64,000 nt of DNA from Candidatus Peregrinibacteria bacterium. GTDB taxonomy: Bacteria > Patescibacteriota > Gracilibacteria > CAIRYL01 > GCA-016699755. The notes under the pieces were generated by a model. That model ran no database searches, was not told the origin of the DNA, and worked only from the letters and a program-made list of their open reading frames with translations. The position numbers were made by a program, and so were the translations under genes. The stretch covers positions 84,937 to 148,936 of the forward strand of contig CP065009.1 of NCBI GenBank assembly GCA_016699755.1, written 5' to 3'. Position 1 is the first letter of the stretch; every line of letters begins with the position of its first letter. Shown here in pieces: positions 44,756 to 55,106 of the stretch.

Positions 44756-44952
44756 TGTACCATGTTTTTTTCCTTCGAAACAACTCTCGCTGTTTTTCGG
44801 AGGAAATAAAAGTTTCTTTTTTCAAGAGTTTTTTCTTCCCTTGTTGCTTTTTATTCCTTTTGCTCCTCTCTAATTTCTATTTGACAAATAGGAGGGATAC
44901 TCGTACGGTTGCCATAAAGTGATCTTTCTTTTTCACTCTTTAATTTTCTCCT

Positions 44953-47900
44953 ATGAAAAAATTTATTGCATTCTTTTCGGGAGTTTTTCTTTTCGCTCCC
45001 TTTTTTGCGTTTGCTGAGCAACAAGAAAAATTCGTTACTCCCGCTGCTTCTTTTTCGGCGACGAGTGTCGTTGCTCCTGAGAGTGTTCCAGGAGAGGTAC
45101 TCGTTCGTTTTAAGAAGAATACTAAGCTCAAAGGAGAATCATTTCAAAATCGCATTGATGCGCTGGCAAAAAAGAAGTCGCTCAAAAAGGGAAAGGTATT
45201 TCAAAAGGAGGGTATTGCCGTATTTCGACAAGAGGGAAAAAAGACCGAAGAGATTATCAGTGCTCTTCAAGGTGATGCCGAAGTAGAAAGCGTTCAGCCA
45301 AATTATATCTATCAGGCAACGGCGCAGACAAAATTTTGGAATATTGGAAATGATAAAAACTCTGGAGTAAATGCCGATCTTGTATGGGGAGATTCTACTG
45401 GTGCAGGAGTAGTAGTTGCGATTGTTGACTCGGGAATTGATTGGGATCATCCAGATTTAGTAGCAAATCACTGGACAAATGCTGGAGAGACAAACTGTAC
45501 AGATGGCATAGACAACGACAGTAATGGTTATATTGATGACTGTGATGGATGGGATTTTATTGGATCAAATTATACCACTCCCGCGGATGACAACAGCCCC
45601 AACGATTATTATGGACACGGAACCCATGTCGCAGGAACCGTAGCAGAGGTAAACAACACCGTCGGTTTGGTGGGAGTTGCTCCAGGTGCGAGCCTTATGG
45701 CAGTGAAGGCGCTTGATGATTCTGGTTTTGGAACAACGGCGAGCATTGTTGATGCTGTTGGATATGCTGTAGAAAATGGTGCGGATGTTATTAATATGAG
45801 TCTGGGTGCCTCTGTTGGCGATTCCCTTTTGGAGACTGCGGTAAATGATGCATTTTCTGCAGGAGTTGTTGTGGTTGCCGCCGCTGGAAATTCTGGAGGA
45901 ACGTCCCCACACTATCCTGCGGCATACACGTCGGTTGTTGCGGTAGGAGCAGTTGATAGCAGTAATCTTCTTGCCTCTTTTTCAAGCCATGGTTCTTGGG
46001 TTGATGTTGTTGCTCCAGGAGTAGCCATTGCTAGCACATATCCCGAGCATCTTACTCCTCCAGGGTATCTTCCGTATGCCTATATGGATGGAACCTCTAT
46101 GGCGACGCCTCATGTTTCTGGACTGGCGGCGCTCTATTTGCAAGCACATCCGAGTGCTACTCCTACAGAAGTACGAGATGCCATTCGTGCTGGAACGGTT
46201 GATTTGGGAGATCCTGGTGTAGATACAACGTTTTCTTACGGATTGGCAGATGCTCCGAGTATTGTCTATGGAAAAGCCGGTGCAGGAGATCTGGTCATCA
46301 ATGAGCTTGCATGGGCAGGTTCTTCTGCAAGTACCAGTGATGAATGGATTGAGATTCGAAATGTGCGAAATGTCCCCACCAATGTTGGTGCGTTTGAACT
46401 GACACAAAGTGCCGGAACGGAGACACTTATGGTAAAAATTCCAAGTGGAATGATTCCTGCGAATGGCTACTTTCTTCTGTCGAACAACGCAAAAAATTAT
46501 GCTTTTTCAGGAGGAGAATCGGTGCTCAATGTCGATCCCGATGTAGTCAACACCGATGTTTCACTTTCAAATACAGCTCTTCAGGTAAAACTCTATGATG
46601 GAGTCTTCGCCTCTGGAACACTACTCGATACTGCGGGAGATGGGAATACGCCCCTTGTAGGAAGTAGTGTTGACCCAAAGGCAACCATGAGTCGAAAAAC
46701 CATTCCGAGTGATGGAACACTTGCTACAAATTGGTTTACGAGTACAACAACGGGAACAAATTATGATTCGGGAGCAATTGAGAAGGGGACGCCAAAAGAA
46801 GCCAACGAATCTGATCCTGTTCCGCTCGACGTGACCCCGCCAGTTCTTAGTAATGGTGCTCCAAGCGGAGAATTTTCTGCGGGAACGACAGGAGCAACTC
46901 TTTCTCTCGATACTGATGAAGCGGCGACATGTAAGTATGACACCGTTTCGGGAACCGATTACGCAAGTATGCCAAATACCTTTACTACAACAGGAGGAAC
47001 TTCTCACTCCGAAGACATTGCGGGGCTAGCTGACGGTGGATCATATTCTTATTATGTTCGTTGTGAAGATACTGCCGGAAACAACAACCCCGATGATTTT
47101 AGTATTAGTTTTACGGTTGCAACAGCAACTACTTTGAATGGGAAAGTTGATCTTCTCATCCGCAACAAGATTAGTGGAAAATGGATTATGAAGTTCACAA
47201 AGTCCGATCTCACTGGATTTGATAATGCCTTCACAAGTACATACAGCCCAGACTATGAATTCTATCCAGCAGATTTCAGCGGAGATGGGAAAGTTGATCT
47301 TCTCATCCGCAACAAGATTAGTGGAAAATGGATTATGAAGTTCACAAAGTCCGATCTCACTGGATTTGATAATGCCTTCACAAGTACATACAGCCCAGAC
47401 TATGAATTCTATCCAGCAGATTTCAGCGGAGATGGGAAAGTTGATCTTCTCATCCGCAACAAGATTAGTGGAAAATGGATTATGAAGTTCACAAAGTCCG
47501 ATCTCACTGGATTTGATGATGTCTTCACAAGTACATACAGCCCAGACTATGAATTCTATCCAGCAGATTTCAGCGGAGATGGGAAAGTTGATCTTCTCAT
47601 CCGCAACAAGATTAGTGGAAAATGGATTATGAAGTTCACAAAGTCCGATCTCACTGGATTTGATAATGCCTTCACAAGTACATACAGCCCAGACTATGAA
47701 TTCTATCCAGCAGATTTCAGCGGAGATGGGAAAGTTGATCTTCTCATCCGCAACAAGATTAGTGGAAAATGGCTTATGAAGTTCACAAAGTCCGATCTCA
47801 CTGGATTTGATAATGCCTTCACAAGTACATACAGCCCAGACTATGAATTCTATCCAGCAGATTTCAGCGGAGATGGGAAAGTTGATCTTCTCATCCGCAA

Positions 47901-48171
47901 CAAGATTAGTGGAAAATGGCTTATGAAGTTCACAAAGTCCGATCTCACTGGATTTGATGATGTCTTCACAAGTACATACAGCCCAGACTATGAATTCTAT
48001 CCAGCAGATTTCAGCGGAGATGGGAAAGTTGATCTTCTCATCCGCAACAAGATTAGTGGAAAATGGCTTATGAAGTTCACAAAGTCCGATCTCACTGGAT
48101 TTGATGATGTCTTCACAAGTACATACAGCCCAGACTATGAATTCTATCCAGCAGATTTCAGCGGAGAATAA
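44953..48171 (+). CDS. secreted subtilisin-like (S8) protease with a lamin-tail-like domain and seven C-terminal FG-GAP-like repeats
   Basis: - Signal peptide and an I9-like propeptide.
- Catalytic Asp (VAIVDSGID), His (HGTHVAGT) and Ser (GTSMATPHVSG).
- LTD-like segment (VINELAWAGSSASTSDEWIEIRN).
- 7 x 49-aa repeats at the C-terminus. Confidence 0.9.
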   Translation: MKKFIAFFSGVFLFAPFFAFAEQQEKFVTPAASFSATSVVAPESVPGEVLVRFKKNTKLKGESFQNRIDALAKKKSLKKGKVFQKEGIAVFRQEGKKTEEIISALQGDAEVESVQPNYIYQATAQTKFWNIGNDKNSGVNADLVWGDSTGAGVVVAIVDSGIDWDHPDLVANHWTNAGETNCTDGIDNDSNGYIDDCDGWDFIGSNYTTPADDNSPNDYYGHGTHVAGTVAEVNNTVGLVGVAPGASLMAVKALDDSGFGTTASIVDAVGYAVENGADVINMSLGASVGDSLLETAVNDAFSAGVVVVAAAGNSGGTSPHYPAAYTSVVAVGAVDSSNLLASFSSHGSWVDVVAPGVAIASTYPEHLTPPGYLPYAYMDGTSMATPHVSGLAALYLQAHPSATPTEVRDAIRAGTVDLGDPGVDTTFSYGLADAPSIVYGKAGAGDLVINELAWAGSSASTSDEWIEIRNVRNVPTNVGAFELTQSAGTETLMVKIPSGMIPANGYFLLSNNAKNYAFSGGESVLNVDPDVVNTDVSLSNTALQVKLYDGVFASGTLLDTAGDGNTPLVGSSVDPKATMSRKTIPSDGTLATNWFTSTTTGTNYDSGAIEKGTPKEANESDPVPLDVTPPVLSNGAPSGEFSAGTTGATLSLDTDEAATCKYDTVSGTDYASMPNTFTTTGGTSHSEDIAGLADGGSYSYYVRCEDTAGNNNPDDFSISFTVATATTLNGKVDLLIRNKISGKWIMKFTKSDLTGFDNAFTSTYSPDYEFYPADFSGDGKVDLLIRNKISGKWIMKFTKSDLTGFDNAFTSTYSPDYEFYPADFSGDGKVDLLIRNKISGKWIMKFTKSDLTGFDDVFTSTYSPDYEFYPADFSGDGKVDLLIRNKISGKWIMKFTKSDLTGFDNAFTSTYSPDYEFYPADFSGDGKVDLLIRNKISGKWLMKFTKSDLTGFDNAFTSTYSPDYEFYPADFSGDGKVDLLIRNKISGKWLMKFTKSDLTGFDDVFTSTYSPDYEFYPADFSGDGKVDLLIRNKISGKWLMKFTKSDLTGFDDVFTSTYSPDYEFYPADFSGE
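47140..48168 (+). repeat. 7 x 147 bp near-identical in-frame tandem repeats
   Basis: The unit is GKVDLLIRNKISGKW(I/L)MKFTKSDLTGFD(NA/DV)FTSTYSPDYEFYPADFSGD. The only variation I found is at three nucleotide positions plus the final codon. Confidence 0.95.
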
Positions 48172-48185
48172 TTCTTAAAAACCTT

Positions 48186-49305
48186 ATGGAGAGAGTACTT
48201 GTTATTGCATGCATGCCCCTCTACGCTGGGAAGGGCTCTAGTCTCAGGGCAATGAAGGCAATTGAGGTGCTTTCTCAAAAATATGAAGTTGATGTGGTGT
48301 GTTATGCCACAGGAAAGGAAAACCCCCGTGAGGGGGTTTCTTTTTTTCGAACACCAAAATTTTTTAAACCAAATCTCAGACCTTTTCAGATATCTTTCTT
48401 TCGAATTATTTTGGATTTTTTTGTTCTGATGAGGGCTTTTTCTCTTTTGTGTACTCGTCATTATAGCGTCATACATGCTGAAGATTTTGAGGCGGCATGC
48501 ATTGCTCGTGTTCTCGTGTTCTTTCGTTTGCAAAAAAAAATGGTATACAACCTTCATAATCGTATATCCGATAATCTTGGTGTGAGTTTAAAGAAAGATA
48601 GAGGGATTTTTACATTCCTTCTTCTCCGTATAGAAAAAAGTATTATCCAAAAATCAGATCTCATTGTTTGTAATTGGAAGCGATATCAAGAAGATAATGA
48701 TTTTGCTTTTGGGGAAAAAAATATTATGGTACGACAGTATTTCTCTTCAAGAAAAGGAGCCATTTCTCCCTTCTTATTTTCCAAAGCACTATCTCTTGTA
48801 TTCAGGAAATACACTTGGTTATCAGGGGGTATTTGAGTTCCTTGTCCAAACACAAAATGCCTCTTTCGCTTTGCCACTTGTTATTGTTGGGAAAGCTGAT
48901 GAAGCTCTTCGCAAGAATGTCTCTCATTTGGAGCGAGAAGGGAAGGTTTTTTTTCTCGGAGAAAAAACTATTGAAGAGACAAATATTCTCATAAAAAAAT
49001 CATTTTTTTGTATTCTCCCAAGGCTTACGGTCTGTTCCAGTATGAAAGTTCTTCATTATTTTTCGAATGATAAACCAGTGTTTGCCAAAAATATTCCCTA
49101 TAATAATGAATGTATTGTTCACGAAAAAAATGGAATCCTTTATGATTCTCCTTCCGAACTTCTTGCCTTTTATGAAAAGGCAGTGACGAATAGGTCGTTT
49201 TATAAAAGTCTTTCTGTGGGGGCTGCTATTACCGGAAAAAATATTCGTGATAATTGGCTTCAAAATGATTTTATCCAAGCGTATGGGAATACGATTCAAA
49301 AGTAG
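48186..49305 (+). pseudogene. family-4-type (GT-B) glycosyltransferase split by a +1 frameshift at a poly-A tract
   Basis: The N-terminal half is in the frame of 48186..48836 and the C-terminal half is in the frame of 48664..49305. The frames meet at GGGG-A7 (48711..48721). Removing one A gives ...FAFGEKILWYDSISL... Confidence 0.65.
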
Positions 49306-50395
49306 CAATGAACACCATATACTTCATCTTATTGACAAAGAGGGAGTTGGCGGAGTTGAGATCCTTGTGCAAAATCTTGCAGAGTCTTTTTCTTCCATCA
49401 GGTGTTCATATCTTTTTTTGAGGTCATCAAAAAAAACAACTGAAAATATTTTTCGAAAACATTTTTATAAGTGGAGTATCTCCCCCTTCTTCTTCTTGAT
49501 TTTCTTTTTGAGACGAGAAAATATCCATCTTGTCCATACGCATCATCGAAAAGGATTCTATCTTATGTGTCTTATAAGCCTTTTTCTCAGCTATATTGTG
49601 TTTGTTCATCATGAGCACGGGGATGTTTTGCAAAAACAAAATACTTTCTATCGTTTCTTTTTACTTCTTTTTCAGAAGAGGATCTCTCGAATTATTGCTG
49701 TTTCCACTCCTCTTCAGGAAGAAATACAAAAGATAGTTCCTCATGTACATTGTGATGTTCTTTTAAACCCTCTCTTGTCTCAGAAAGGTAACATTTCTTT
49801 GGATGATCAAATGATACTCAAAGAAATAGAGGGTATTAAAAAGACGACACCGTTTCTTATTGGATATTTTGGAAGGATAGAGTTAGTGAAGCGGCTTGAC
49901 GTTCTTTTGCATGCACTTTCGCTTCTTTCGCTTCCTCGTGATGCTTGGAGGGCTGTTTTTTTGGGAGAAGGAAAGCAAAAAAAATTTCTGCAAAAGCTTT
50001 GCTCTCAAAAGAATCTTTCTAAAAATGTCTCATTTCTTCCTTCTATCTCGTCTCATGCTTGCCAAACAGCATATTCATTTCTTGATGTTTCGGTACTCTG
50101 TTCCGAATTTGAAGGTCTCTCTCTTTTTCTTCTGGAATCTCTGCAAAATGAAATTTCGGTTATCATCTCTGATGTTCCGGCTCCGAATGCTTATATTTCG
50201 CATGAAAAAAATGGTCTTCTTTATCCATTTGGTGATGCGAAAGCACTTTCACTTCTTATCGAAAAACTATTTCATAATTTCGTATTGCGTCACAAAATAG
50301 CAAAATCTGGACGTCTCTTTGCTGAAAAGACATTTCCAAGTCAAGATGAGTACAATGCTCATCTTGAAAAGATATATCTTGAAGTTCTCTCGTGA
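49283..50395 (+). CDS. glycosyltransferase, GT-B fold (family 4-like)
   Basis: HILHLIDKEGVGGVEILVQNL at the N-terminus and the EX7E-type motif SEFEGLSLFLLESLQNEISVIISD. The start is uncertain (49247, 49265 or 49283). Confidence 0.7.
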   Translation: MGIRFKSSNEHHILHLIDKEGVGGVEILVQNLAESFSSIRCSYLFLRSSKKTTENIFRKHFYKWSISPFFFLIFFLRRENIHLVHTHHRKGFYLMCLISLFLSYIVFVHHEHGDVLQKQNTFYRFFLLLFQKRISRIIAVSTPLQEEIQKIVPHVHCDVLLNPLLSQKGNISLDDQMILKEIEGIKKTTPFLIGYFGRIELVKRLDVLLHALSLLSLPRDAWRAVFLGEGKQKKFLQKLCSQKNLSKNVSFLPSISSHACQTAYSFLDVSVLCSEFEGLSLFLLESLQNEISVIISDVPAPNAYISHEKNGLLYPFGDAKALSLLIEKLFHNFVLRHKIAKSGRLFAEKTFPSQDEYNAHLEKIYLEVLS

Positions 50396-51657
50396 AAAAG
50401 AAGATTTTTCAGGAATCGGTGTGGTCATTTTCTTCAAAAGGAGTTGGCATTCTCCTGTTTTTTTTGAACAGCTCTCTTCTTGCTCATCTTCTTGGAAAAG
50501 AAGTTTTTGGACAATGGATAGTACTTTTTTCTCTCTTTTCTCTCTGTCATTTTTTCACACTTTTTGGAGTAAACGATTATCTCAGGAAAGAATTGGTACA
50601 GAGCCACTCAAAAGAATATCGAAAAATCGTCTTCCCTTTTTTTGTTGTTCGAGGGGTAGTTACTCTTTTTTCGGGTATTCTTCTGTTCTTCTTTGTGGAT
50701 GGAACATCTATTTTTTCACCGGTATTCATTAGTATTATTTTGACTTTCCTTATTCCTTTTCTTCTTCTCTACGGAATTCTCGATTTTCTTCATCAAATAT
50801 TTTTCGGGTTGCACCGTATAAAATATTCCTTCTTTTTGAGCTGTATTGAACAGATATCATTTTTCTCTTTCCTTTTTTGTTTTTCTTTAATACAAGAGAT
50901 TACTCTTGAGTCTGTTTTTATATTTCATCTTCTCTCCTTTTTTCTGGCAGTTGTTTTTGGGGCGTTCTTTTTTTTGTATCAGACACGAGCAGAAAAAAAC
51001 ACGCCACTCCTTCTTTTTGATAGGAAGACATATTTTTCCCTCTTTTTTCACAGTTTTCCCTATTTTGTAGTGCAAGCAGGAACCTATTTCTTTTCCTATA
51101 TTGATATTTTGCTTCTTGGGATTGTCGCTTCACCTGTCTATGCCGGAGTGTATGGTATTGCAAAAAATGTTGTTTCGAAAATCCCCCATATCAACACTGC
51201 TCTTTCTCTCTCATTTTCTCCTGTCTTTTCTAATATTGCGAGAAAGGACGCTGGTTTTCAGGAGAAAAAGAATATTCTCCTCCATTATGTTTTTCTCAAT
51301 ATAATCATTCTTGTATGTATCTCTATAGGGATTCTCTTGTTTTCTGATATTTTTGTTCGTCTCATTTGGGGAAATACATACCAAGAGGCATCGTTCTTTT
51401 TGCGATTGCTTATCCCCTATATGATATCTTTTTCCTTGCTGTCGTCATTTGGGGCGATTCTTGACTACAACAATGCCATAAGAAAAAGAGCGATTATTTA
51501 CATTTCTTCTTCTGTGCTCTTTCTCCTTCTCTTTTTTGTGTTAAAGGGAAAATTACACGCCATTCTTATTTCTCTTTCACTCTCTTGTGTTGTGGCAAGC
51601 TTTGCTCATTTTATTCTCTTGTTTCAAAAAATATTCAATAAAGATACACAGAACTGA
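50392..51657 (+). CDS. Wzx-like polysaccharide/oligosaccharide flippase (MOP superfamily)
   Basis: GTG start overlapping the upstream stop (GTGA). About 12 or more TM helices. The N-terminus SVWSFSSKGVGILLFFLNSSLLAHLLGKEVFG is typical of the family. Confidence 0.65.
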   Translation: MKKKIFQESVWSFSSKGVGILLFFLNSSLLAHLLGKEVFGQWIVLFSLFSLCHFFTLFGVNDYLRKELVQSHSKEYRKIVFPFFVVRGVVTLFSGILLFFFVDGTSIFSPVFISIILTFLIPFLLLYGILDFLHQIFFGLHRIKYSFFLSCIEQISFFSFLFCFSLIQEITLESVFIFHLLSFFLAVVFGAFFFLYQTRAEKNTPLLLFDRKTYFSLFFHSFPYFVVQAGTYFFSYIDILLLGIVASPVYAGVYGIAKNVVSKIPHINTALSLSFSPVFSNIARKDAGFQEKKNILLHYVFLNIIILVCISIGILLFSDIFVRLIWGNTYQEASFFLRLLIPYMISFSLLSSFGAILDYNNAIRKRAIIYISSSVLFLLLFFVLKGKLHAILISLSLSCVVASFAHFILLFQKIFNKDTQN

Positions 51658-53470
51658 CACCATCTGGTGAAAGATAGACTTTATTCATTACATTATTTCG
51701 GAAAAATTTTTGGCTCTCTTCTTGAATATGTATGGTATAGAGTGTCTCTATGTTTGCTCCATGAACAGTGACCCACACTCTTTTCTTTTGACGTTTTTTT
51801 TCTTCTAGAATTTTTAAAAATTCTTTATGCGAAGGAATAATAATGGCTCCAGTGCGAAGATCAAAATATTCATTTTTTTTCGGGTTTAACAAGGCAAATT
51901 CTCGCCACATATTTTTCCATCGATAATTTTCATTGAGTATATAATCTGGCTTTAGATTTGTGTAGAACGTTGTATAATCCATGGTATTGATCCAGATGTC
52001 TCCCTCACGATAATTTGCATTTAAAAATTTGAGAATTGTTTTTGAATCAGTTCGTATTTTTTGACTCCAAGTTGATCGAAACGGATTTTGTTCAACGCTG
52101 TCTCCATATTGAATATTGATCTGGTTCCAAAAAAAAGGATGCAGAGAAAAAAGGGCAAGAATAGTGAAGGTAAAAAGCACCATTCTTTGTGGAACATGTT
52201 TCTTGACAAGAATTTCAGAAGTAGTGGAGACAGAGAAAAAAGCGAGAATAACAATGAGCGGTTCGAACAGGAAATAAAGTCGAGGGGCTTTATCAAAGGT
52301 GTTTACAATATCGAAAATCCCACTGCTAATGAGAAACGTCAAAAGAAGATAATCATGGAACTGAGGGGTGTATTTCTGAAATCCTTTTCTTTTTACTATA
52401 AAAAATGTTTGAAAAATAAGCGGAGCAAGAATCCAGAAGGGAATATGGTATCTTTGGTAGAAGTCATAGGCTTCAAAAGTAAGGTTCGAAAAGGAGTTTG
52501 CAGGAATATTAAGGAGAAGCCCTTTTCTTTCGGAGGTTTCTATTTGATATTCTTTTTTCGCCCCTTCTGGAATTTCTTTTTCAAAAAAATAGAGTGGATT
52601 TCCGATGATGTATAATACAAAAAAAGGCGCGAGAACAAGAAGAATCTTTGCAAGGGCACGTTTTTTTCTTTCCTTTGTGTTGTCAAACAAAAATCGGAGT
52701 GTTATTGCGGCGAGAATTCCTCCAAAAAGAATATTTCCAAGCTCACTGTTAAGATTGAGAAGAAAATGAATACCAAAAGAAATGACGAGAAAAATATTCT
52801 TTCGTTTCCACACTCCTTGCCAAAGGCTCCATAGACCAACAAGAAAGAGAAAACTATTTAAAGTATAAAATCTCGCAAATTGTGCATATTCTATGCTGTA
52901 CGGAGAAAATGTTAAAAAGATAAGAACAAAAATGGCGATTTTCTTATCAACCTTTTTTGCAAAAAAATAGGAAATAAAAAGGATTCCAACGCTTAAAAAA
53001 ACATTTGGAAGTCTGAGCATAAGCTCGTTCTCTCCTCCAAAGTAACAAAATAATGCAACGAGATAGTGATAGGGGATTCCTCTCCAGTAATACTCATTTC
53101 CAGAGGGGGAGAGGGGAATGCCATTCTCGAGAATGGATTTTACATATGTTCCTGTGAGAAACTCGTCCCACCAGAGACTCAATTCTCCTAAACGGTAGAA
53201 ACGAATAAGAAAGGCAAGAAGAATGAGCAATATAACAAATATGGTTTCGCCTTTTTTCCATACTTCATTTTGGTGAATATCTTTTTCTTGGGAAAAATAT
53301 TCTCTACATAAAAATATGCAGGCAATAAAAGCTGCAGAGAAAATAGCAAAGAAGTATTCTGGTGTACTTCCTCGTAGCAAAAAAAATGCAACAGGGATGA
53401 TCCCAATAAAAAAAAGTGGAATACTTTGAAGAATTGAAAATATTTTAGAATTCATTTTCAAATGGAACAT
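51635..53470 (-). CDS. GT-C fold glycosyltransferase (ArnT/PMT-like, family 39/83)
   Basis: Polytopic N-terminal half with a first-loop motif (FYRLGELSLWWDEFLTG) and a soluble C-terminal domain. Confidence 0.6.
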   Translation of the reverse strand: MFHLKMNSKIFSILQSIPLFFIGIIPVAFFLLRGSTPEYFFAIFSAAFIACIFLCREYFSQEKDIHQNEVWKKGETIFVILLILLAFLIRFYRLGELSLWWDEFLTGTYVKSILENGIPLSPSGNEYYWRGIPYHYLVALFCYFGGENELMLRLPNVFLSVGILFISYFFAKKVDKKIAIFVLIFLTFSPYSIEYAQFARFYTLNSFLFLVGLWSLWQGVWKRKNIFLVISFGIHFLLNLNSELGNILFGGILAAITLRFLFDNTKERKKRALAKILLVLAPFFVLYIIGNPLYFFEKEIPEGAKKEYQIETSERKGLLLNIPANSFSNLTFEAYDFYQRYHIPFWILAPLIFQTFFIVKRKGFQKYTPQFHDYLLLTFLISSGIFDIVNTFDKAPRLYFLFEPLIVILAFFSVSTTSEILVKKHVPQRMVLFTFTILALFSLHPFFWNQINIQYGDSVEQNPFRSTWSQKIRTDSKTILKFLNANYREGDIWINTMDYTTFYTNLKPDYILNENYRWKNMWREFALLNPKKNEYFDLRTGAIIIPSHKEFLKILEEKKRQKKRVWVTVHGANIETLYTIHIQEESQKFFRNNVMNKVYLSPDGVSSVYLY

Positions 53471-55106
53471 CCTCTTTGCGAAGTGTGATTTTTAGAGAAT
53501 CAATTCGTATTGAGCTTCGATATCCCTCAAGGGATTTTGCTGAAAGACGAAGGAGAAGTTTTTTCCCGTCATTTTTATCGTTCTCATGCTTCTTCCATGC
53601 GAGTTTCACTCTTCCCTTTTTATATGGAGTGAGAATGTAGGAAATATTGCTCATTTTTGCAATATCAAACGGAATAGTGGCGTAGGGGGCGGTCTCAAAA
53701 ATTCCTTCTGGTGTCATGGCAAAACCATTTTCTTCGGAGGAAATAAGGAGGTCATTTTTGGCAATATATATTTCGTTTATGGGTTTTTCGAGAGAGATTT
53801 GTGTTGCCTCAAGAAAGGATATTTTTTTGCTCTCATCGTTCACCAGAATGTTTTGTTCTGAATAGTCATGAGCGGCTTTTGCAGATATTTCTCCAGACAG
53901 TGAGTAGAGGGTAATCGGCTTTGTTATTATATTTTTTGCGACATCATTGTCGCGGTCAGCGATATGTATGCCATTCATTTGAACATATTTGGTATTTAAA
54001 AATAAGTTTCGAATGACTGCATCGCTTCCGTCTCCAATATAGCGAAATTGAATAGTGTACATTGTTGGTTGTTTTTCTTTGGGTGCCTCTATCTTTTGCA
54101 TGTAGCTTTGGATATTGGTCATTCTATCATTTTCAGTGTCTCCATCGTCAGAAAGAATATCATAAAAAATAATGCCATTCTGGTCTGATATTTTTATTTC
54201 ATATATATCCTCTCCTTTGTATATATTTAGATCCTGTTTATCGAAATATATCTCTAAATCACTATCTGTAAGAACACTTATAGTGGCATCTCCTCGAAGG
54301 GAATAGGGGATGCGGGTGACATTTGATTCCAAGATATTTTGTTCTTTTTCGTATCCAACAGGAACTCCCACTTTCATTATTGGTACTTCATTCTTTTGTT
54401 TTTTTGGAGCTAAGTTTTTTTGAAAGTTATACTTTTGAGGCAGAATATAATCTAGCGTAGCAATTTGAGGCACTGCTTTTTCTTTGATGATAGGGTTTCC
54501 AAAATCGTCAATCTTAATAGCTTTTGTCACATTTTTTTTGGGTGGATTCTCCAAAAATTCTTGAACGCTTTTATACTGTTTTCCTGCTTTTCCTGCTTCA
54601 TCATCTTTTGTTTTTTGAAGCAATGTTAGCCCCAATTCTTTATCGAAAATACTTTTCCAATTTCCCCCCAAATACTTCTGAAAATCATTGAGATATTGAT
54701 GGTCAAGAGCGTGGCATGTCCAATCAAACACTGGTTCATTGAGAACAATATCTTGTTGTTCTCGAAGACACGCTTCGAGCACTGGGGTATCAGGATTTTC
54801 AAATTCCGCTTCCACAACAACCGAATTGTAATCATCAATATTTTTCGGTGCATCAAGAGTAATTTCTACTGCATCTTTGGTCATAACATATTTCTCAATC
54901 TCGGCGATGGTTCCATCTTCTCGTGGTTCCAGAGAATATTGCTTCATAAGACCATTTATTTGAACATTTTTTGTATTTATATTGTCTTGGAAGTTTATTT
55001 CGTACGTAATGTTTTGATGGAGGAAAAATGCGAGCGAAAAAACGCCGAAGGCTCCTATAAGGAGTACTATCGTGAAGAAAAAAAAGTGGTTTTTGGTACA
55101 TTGCAT
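53445..55106 (-). CDS. hypothetical N-terminally anchored extracytoplasmic protein
   Basis: 553-aa ORF with one N-terminal TM helix (FFFFTIVLLIGAFGVFSLAFFL). Its 3' end overlaps the GT-C gene start, suggesting co-translation. I recognised no family. Confidence 0.5.
   Translation of the reverse strand: MQCTKNHFFFFTIVLLIGAFGVFSLAFFLHQNITYEINFQDNINTKNVQINGLMKQYSLEPREDGTIAEIEKYVMTKDAVEITLDAPKNIDDYNSVVVEAEFENPDTPVLEACLREQQDIVLNEPVFDWTCHALDHQYLNDFQKYLGGNWKSIFDKELGLTLLQKTKDDEAGKAGKQYKSVQEFLENPPKKNVTKAIKIDDFGNPIIKEKAVPQIATLDYILPQKYNFQKNLAPKKQKNEVPIMKVGVPVGYEKEQNILESNVTRIPYSLRGDATISVLTDSDLEIYFDKQDLNIYKGEDIYEIKISDQNGIIFYDILSDDGDTENDRMTNIQSYMQKIEAPKEKQPTMYTIQFRYIGDGSDAVIRNLFLNTKYVQMNGIHIADRDNDVAKNIITKPITLYSLSGEISAKAAHDYSEQNILVNDESKKISFLEATQISLEKPINEIYIAKNDLLISSEENGFAMTPEGIFETAPYATIPFDIAKMSNISYILTPYKKGRVKLAWKKHENDKNDGKKLLLRLSAKSLEGYRSSIRIDSLKITLRKEDVPFENEF

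Noticed and set aside
47140-48168. The regular 147-bp repeats as a CRISPR-like or satellite array.
   Set aside because: There are no unique spacers. The units are contiguous, in frame within the subtilase ORF, and encode a plausible structural repeat.
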